Shown here piece by piece: positions 29,857 through 32,000 of a stretch of DNA of 32,000 nt. A program made the position numbers and the translations under genes. Numbering within the stretch: the first letter of the stretch is position 1; every line of letters starts with the position of its first letter. The notes beneath the pieces are model-generated. The model ran no database searches and was not told the DNA's origin. It saw only the letters and a list, made by a program, of their open reading frames with translations. Origin of the DNA: Gemmata obscuriglobus (GTDB taxonomy: Bacteria; Planctomycetota; Planctomycetia; Gemmatales; Gemmataceae); the NCBI RefSeq assembly GCF_008065095.1, contig NZ_CP042911.1:7470001-7502000 (forward strand). Direction: 5' to 3'.

Positions 29857-31869
29857 TCACGCCTCGCCCGCGGCGACCGGCTCGGGCGTGCCCAGCGGGG
29901 CCGGGGTGTTGGTCAGCGCGTACCGGTCGATCCCCTTCTCTTCTTTCAGCCGCTTCAGCTTCGTGTGCAGCGTGTCCCGGCTGATGCCGAGCAGCTTCGC
30001 GGCGTGGCTCACGTTGCCGTTGGTCTGCTTCATCGCCCGGCAAATGGCCCACGTCTCGATGTCGTTCATGTCGAGGCTCGGCGGCAGCTCCGGGATCACG
30101 CCCGCGCCGCTCGCGCCGGGCGGCGGGACCATCTCCGTGGCGCCGCTCAGCGGGAGCGCGTCGGCGTCGATCGTGTCGCCCTCGCTCATCACCGCCGCGC
30201 TCTCGATGGCGGCGCGCAACTGGCGCACGTTCCCGGGCCACTGGTACGCTTGCAGCTTCCGCATGGCCGCCGGGGTGAGCTTGAACCGCCGCCGGCACTC
30301 GCTCGACACCTTCGCCAGGAAGAACGACGCCAGCTCCGGGATGTCCTCGGGGTGCTCGCGGAGCGAGGGCACGCGGATCGGGATCACCTTGAGCCGGAAC
30401 ATGAGGTCCTGGCGGAACCGCCCCGCCTTCACTTCCTTTTCGAGGTCGCGGTGCGTCGCGGCGACCACGCGCACGTCCGCCTTGATGTCCCCGGTGCCGC
30501 CCACCGGCCGGAACGCCTTGCCCTCGATCACCCGGAGCAGCTTCGCCTGGCACTCGAGCGACAGCTCGCCGACCTCGTCGAGGAACAGGGTGCCCTCGTC
30601 GGCCTGCTGGAACAGCCCGGGGTGGTCGCGGTCCGCGCCGCTGAACGCGCCCTTCTTGTACCCGAACAGCTCCGCCTCCAGGAGCGTCGGCGCGATGGCC
30701 GCGCAGTTGACCACCACCAGCGGGCCGTCGGCCCGGCGGCTGTTGCGGTGCAGCGCCAGCGCCACCAGCTCCTTGCCGGACCCGCTCTCGCCCTGGACCA
30801 GCACCGTGAACTGCTGCGGCGCCGCCCGCAGGATCTGCTGGCGCAGGTGGATGACGGCGTTGCTCCCGCCGATGATGTCGTCGGCCGCGGGGGTGTGGGT
30901 CCGCAGGCGCGAGTTCTCGGCCTCCAGCGTGCGCCGGGTGCGGCTGATCTCCAGCCCGTGCGCCAGGAACCCCGCGACCGCCTCAATGAACCGCACGTCG
31001 CGCTCCACGAACGCCCGCCCGCTGCGGTACACGTGGAGCGTCGCGAACGGCTCGCCGGACGCCTTCAGCGGGATACAGATCGCGTCGGTGAACGCGGACA
31101 GCGAGTCCGTGGGCGGGTGGGCGTCGCTGAGGTCCGGGAACAGCCAGATGGGCTTGCCTACCTTCTGCGCCTGGAGCGTGAGCCGCTTGCTGAGCGCGGT
31201 GTCGATCGGGGCCGACTCGGGCAGCACGATCTTGGGGCTCGGGTCGTCCTGGTCGAGGCTCAGGTAGCCGGCGATCTTCGCCGCGGTCTGGTTGAGGATC
31301 GCGCGGAGCGCGAGGCCGACCAGGTCGTGCGGGCTCTTGGCCTCGACCGCCCCGGTCATGAACTTGCACAGCGCGGTGAGTTCGTCCACCCGGAGCTGTT
31401 TGGCGGTCTGGTCGGCCGCCGGCTCCGTGGGGACGGGCCGCTCCTGCGGGTACTCGTGGAGCTTGGTCGCGTTCTGGGGGTTGGCGACCTGTCGGCTGTC
31501 GTTCAAGGCCTTGTTCGGCATCGTCACCGGCGCGGCCGGCAGCGGGGTCGCCCCCGAGCGCGGCAGGGCTTTCGGCTCCAGCACGAACCGCAGCACCACC
31601 TCGCCGATCTTGATCCGCTGCCCGTCGGTCAGCTCGGTGGCCCCGCTCACCCGCAGCCCGTCCACGCGGGTGCCGTTGAGCCCGAAGTCGCGGACGTGCC
31701 AGCGGCCGTCCTCGAAGTACACCTTGGCGTGGGTCCGGCTGGCCATCTCGTCCCGCAGGATGACCGTGTTGTCCCGACTCCGCCCCAGGGTGACCGGCTG
31801 GCCGGTCGGTGAGAGGTCGAGTGTCGGCGGCATGCACTCGCCGCCCTCCAACGTCAGTCGCGCGCGCAT
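29857..31869 (-). CDS. sigma54-dependent transcriptional activator (bEBP) with N-terminal FHA and GAF-like domains and C-terminal Fis-type HTH
   Basis: ORF 29857..31884(-) begins with TTG, so I trimmed it to ATG 31869. The FHA domain reads VTLGRSRDNTVILRDEMASRTHAKVYFEDGRWHVRDFGLNGTRVDG. A central GAF-like region follows. The AAA+ core has GESGSGKELVALALH (Walker A), GAFSGA (GAFTGA variant) and LFLDEVGEL (Walker B). The HTH reads NVSHAAKLLGISRDTLHTKLKRL. Confidence 0.9.
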   Translation of the reverse strand: MRARLTLEGGECMPPTLDLSPTGQPVTLGRSRDNTVILRDEMASRTHAKVYFEDGRWHVRDFGLNGTRVDGLRVSGATELTDGQRIKIGEVVLRFVLEPKALPRSGATPLPAAPVTMPNKALNDSRQVANPQNATKLHEYPQERPVPTEPAADQTAKQLRVDELTALCKFMTGAVEAKSPHDLVGLALRAILNQTAAKIAGYLSLDQDDPSPKIVLPESAPIDTALSKRLTLQAQKVGKPIWLFPDLSDAHPPTDSLSAFTDAICIPLKASGEPFATLHVYRSGRAFVERDVRFIEAVAGFLAHGLEISRTRRTLEAENSRLRTHTPAADDIIGGSNAVIHLRQQILRAAPQQFTVLVQGESGSGKELVALALHRNSRRADGPLVVVNCAAIAPTLLEAELFGYKKGAFSGADRDHPGLFQQADEGTLFLDEVGELSLECQAKLLRVIEGKAFRPVGGTGDIKADVRVVAATHRDLEKEVKAGRFRQDLMFRLKVIPIRVPSLREHPEDIPELASFFLAKVSSECRRRFKLTPAAMRKLQAYQWPGNVRQLRAAIESAAVMSEGDTIDADALPLSGATEMVPPPGASGAGVIPELPPSLDMNDIETWAICRAMKQTNGNVSHAAKLLGISRDTLHTKLKRLKEEKGIDRYALTNTPAPLGTPEPVAAGEA

Positions 31870-32000
31870 CGCGTAACGCTCCAACAGGCCGGTTCGGTCA
31901 CACCTAGGAGGGGCGAGTACGGCCGGGCGGCCACCGGACGACCGTTCGATCCGGAAAACTTTAGCACGCGTTTTGCGGCGCGGCGGGCGGCGCGTCGGGT

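Noticed and set aside
29071-31812. 913-aa plus-strand ORF antisense to the sigma54 activator
   Set aside because: The minus strand carries FHA, Walker A/B, the GAFSGA loop and HTH motifs. The plus-strand translation is an R/G/P/A-rich shadow. Only its short 5-prime region overlaps independently plausible small genes, and those are in other frames.
1-32000. Search for sigma54 promoters (TGGCAC-N5-TTGC), tRNA/rRNA genes and CRISPR arrays
   Set aside because: Every TGGCAC or TGGCAT I found (for example near 1197, 7853, 9050, 10219, 15440, 26655 and 27387) lacks a TTGC at the right spacing or lies inside a gene. I saw no cloverleaf-like or rRNA-like segments and no repeat-spacer arrays. This was a manual scan, so absence is not proven.

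Overview
Very GC-rich bacterial chromosomal window (G+C judged by eye, not computed). The gene content points to Planctomycetota, probably a Gemmata-like genome. This placement rests on my memory of these families, not on a search. The diagnostic genes are a DUF1559/H-X9-DG pseudopilin-like protein, a TIGR03067-type secreted protein, ECF sigma factors coupled to a Ser/Thr kinase-WD40 protein or fused to a membrane-anchored extension, a TAT-signal Gfo/Idh/MocA oxidoreductase and an RTX-repeat protein. I call 23 CDS. One of them (1..603, minus strand) is absent from the ORF track because it has no stop inside the window. Many long ORFs in the track are stop-free antisense or out-of-frame shadows typical of high-GC DNA and are rejected. 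I saw no rRNA, tRNA or CRISPR array. Left to right: a metallophosphoesterase; a secreted hypothetical; an envelope thiol-disulfide redox cluster (NHLRC2-like Trx-NHL lipoprotein, standalone DsbD-alpha-like protein, full DsbD); an oxidoreductase; an S9 peptidase; a zinc-ribbon membrane protein; an RTX protein. Then comes a dense signalling stretch: an ECF sigma overlapping a ZAS-kinase-WD40 gene, an orphan ABC-2 permease, a DUF1559 protein, a 787-aa ECF sigma fused to a TM helix and a peptidase-like ectodomain, a MASE1-PAS sensor ending in a Cys-rich module, and an FHA-GAF sigma54 activator. A small islet with atypical codon usage (about 28.4-29.8 kb) holds three small genes. Outside genes, the striking feature is a set of very long perfect hairpins in intergenic spacers. 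They include two homologous elements sharing GTGTGGTCCGCTC termini and a 105-bp MITE-like insertion with 18-bp terminal inverted repeats and a 10-bp flanking duplication. My best candidates for something new are the two unconventional ECF sigma modules, the MASE1-PAS-Cys-rich sensor, the palindromic element family and the atypical three-gene islet. None can be proven from sequence alone.
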